This document shows, piece by piece, positions 61,571 through 64,000 of a stretch of DNA of 64,000 nt. The notes under the pieces are model-generated. The model searched no databases, was not told the DNA's origin, and worked only from the letters and a program-made list of their open reading frames with translations. The position numbers were made by a program, and so were the translations under genes. The stretch lies in contig CM059438.1 in the NCBI GenBank assembly GCA_030390025.1, positions 77,376,001 through 77,440,000 of the forward strand. The letters are read 5' to 3'. The first letter of the stretch is position 1. Every line of letters begins with the position of its first letter. This stretch comes from Squalus acanthias. Lineage: Eukaryota.

Positions 61571-63074
61571 TAAAGTTTACCACGTGTGGATTTAATAAAA
61601 AAAACTAAATATAAACTTGTAACCTTCAAATAAGTTATATTGTGAAAGGTACCAATTTAAAATGTTTCTCATTATTTAGGAGGTTTGTTTTCATTTCATT
61701 TCTGAAATGAGTTGTGAAGGCAGCTTTACAATTTCATTGTGGGATTGTCAATAAATCAGTGGAAGAATAATTAAATCAGAACTGTCATGTCCAGATGCTA
61801 AATAATTGGCCAAATGTAATTTTATTTAGCTCGCTATTTGTAAAAGCTAACTTAATAACATTTTTGTGACCACTGACTGGGTGGTGCTTAAATTTATTCT
61901 GCTGAACAGTTTACAAGATAACTTGCAGCTCCAACCTACGTGGGCTTGCAAAAGCCAGTATAGCTTATTGATAATTAGCAGTATACTGCAGGTTATGTCA
62001 TTTTAATAGCTATATATAATTAACAACATATTCTGTTTTGATCCATTAATATCCTTTGTAACAGTAACTTATTTTACTACCTTTTGGAGTAAAGTACCTC
62101 TTCAAATACATTACTATCAGCAGACCATTTAATACATGCATTACATCCAGATGTTAAAATTGCTGAACTGACATCAGTCAAATAGTGCAGCACTGCCTTT
62201 TATGGAGCTAATGCTACATTGATACTGCTGGAATTATGTTCCTAAAAATGTAGCATAGCAGCCCTGGGAACATCTAGAACTTGGTGTACCATTGCAAACT
62301 AGGCAACCTCCTACTTTTTAATACCAAGCTGCTGGCTGGACTATTACATACACTAGAATTTGGGAAACCTAAAAGCTGCAGGAAATCAAAGTCTAGCCTT
62401 TATAATAAAAAACTTGGAATGTGCAATGCTGCAATTTTTACAGCTGGCTGACATCCATTTTGAATATATTGGTTAGAGCCGACATTATGGTATAACGCTT
62501 TAATGATTCTCGTGTAAATGTTTTGCCCTCTACCAAAGCTGAGATTTTTATTGCTTTTATGCCATTTTTCCTCCTATCTTGTAAGTTTCTAGTGTATCCC
62601 TTGGCTCACTTCCTCAATACTTGCCTCCTGTTGCTTGCTCTTATTTCAGTGCCATGGATTTTTAGACTTATTGGTGAATCATCAGTTAATGCAAAGCCAA
62701 GGAGCAAAAACAATTGATTAGTGAGTCATGTTAAAACACTGGGATACGGGTGATCAGGTTTAGTCTCTGAAACAGCGATTTTAAAAAGCAATGCAAGTAT
62801 CTAAACATTGTGTGCTTGGTAAAGACACTACCGTGTCACTGAGATTGTTCCAAGTCCTCCCTATGGTGGGTGCTACTTCTGCTTTCAGTAGCAAAAGAGC
62901 TGTTCAGAAACAGGAACTGAGCATGTATGCATTTATTTTTTTTAACTAATAATAGATTTTGATTCATTTAGAAAAAACTAATGTTCGAAGGGGTACTTTT
63001 TTTTTATATAATGTGATGAAACAGTGGATTCAAAAAAGAGATGTAATTTAGGTTATGAGGCACAGTTAGTTGTG

Positions 63075-63890
63075 CAGGAAGTTACAAAGGGACGTAGGCA
63101 AAACTAGCCGATGGAGTTCACTGCGGGGAAGTGGAAGGTCATCGACATTGGATCCGAGAAAGGCAAATTTTCTTAATTGTGAGATGAGGAGCAAAGAGAT
63201 TTGGGTGTCCAGGTACACTAATCACTAAAAGCTAGTGTGCAGGTACAAAAAGTAATCAAAATGGCTAATAGGATGTTGGCCTTTAACTCGAGGGGGTTAG
63301 AAAATAAAAGTGACGAAGTGATGGGGTATAGTTGTATAGGGCCTTGGTCAAACCCCCATCTGGACTACTGCATTCAGTTTTAGGCACCGAACCTCAGGAC
63401 AGATATATTGGCCTTGGAGGTACAGCACTAATTCGCCAGAATGATACCTGGGCTTAAAGGGCTAAATAATGAGGGCAGGTTGCATAAACTTTGTATTCCC
63501 TTGAGTTTAGAAGGTTGGGAGGTACCGTAATCGAGGCATTTAAAATTATATTCAATAGACTAGATACAGAGAAACTATTTCCTCCTGGTTCGGGAAAACC
63601 AGAACAAGAGGGCATAATTTTAAAATTGAAGCTAGCTCATTGAGGACTGAAATCAGGAAGACCTTTTTCCACACAGTGTCGTGGAAGTTTAGAACTCTTC
63701 CCCAAAAAGGCTGTGGATGCTGGGTCAATTGAAATTTTCAAGACTGAGATCGATAGATTGTTGTTGGACAAGGGTATCCAGGGATATGGAGCAAAGACAG
63801 GTAAATAAAGTTGAGGTAGAGATCAGCCATGATCTAATTGAATGGTGGAACAGGCTCAAGGGGCTGTATGGCCTACTCCTGTTCTTATGT
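63075..63890 (+). mobile_element. Degenerate CR1 LINE 3' portion
   Basis: ctggactactgcattcagtttt; tail cctactcctgttcttatgtt. Confidence 0.85.
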
Positions 63891-64000
63891 TGGCCAGAAA
63901 CTATTGTGCTATATTTAGTCAGTTGCCAATGTTAAAAAAATTGGACTTTCCAGTTTTGTTAAATACTTTTCTTCTTGATTCATTTGATGAAAAAATAGCT

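Noticed and set aside
60900-64000. Next CDK5RAP2 exon
   Set aside because: No convincing acceptor plus phase-1 open frame plus donor found; probably beyond the window

Overview
Eukaryotic, intron-rich vertebrate DNA. The repeat content (Deu-domain SacSINE1-like SINEs, abundant CR1 and L2 LINEs, RTE, Penelope remnant, LF-SINE-like copy, MITEs) points to a cartilaginous fish (shark); that assignment is inference. The + strand carries 24 GT-AG coding exons (3071..58895, 3170 nt, about 1056 codons, phase-consistent) of a centrosomin-family gene with an intact CM1 gamma-TuRC-binding motif. Exon sizes and peptides best fit CDK5RAP2; exon 1 and the 3' part were not identified in the window. The main finding is a 360-codon alternative first coding exon inside intron 9 (42152..43231). 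It resembles the SMYLE/EB-MMG N-terminus of the paralog myomegalin (PDE4DIP), with a CxxC..CxxC domain and an SKIP EB1-binding motif, and splices in phase 0 onto the shared coiled-coil exons. The gene also holds nine myomegalin-like exons that I do not recall in human CDK5RAP2. Two inverted-repeat pairs bracket frame-preserving exon blocks. No prokaryotic features or CRISPR. Homology statements and human exon sizes are from memory, not searches; exon numbers follow my model; repeat boundaries are approximate.
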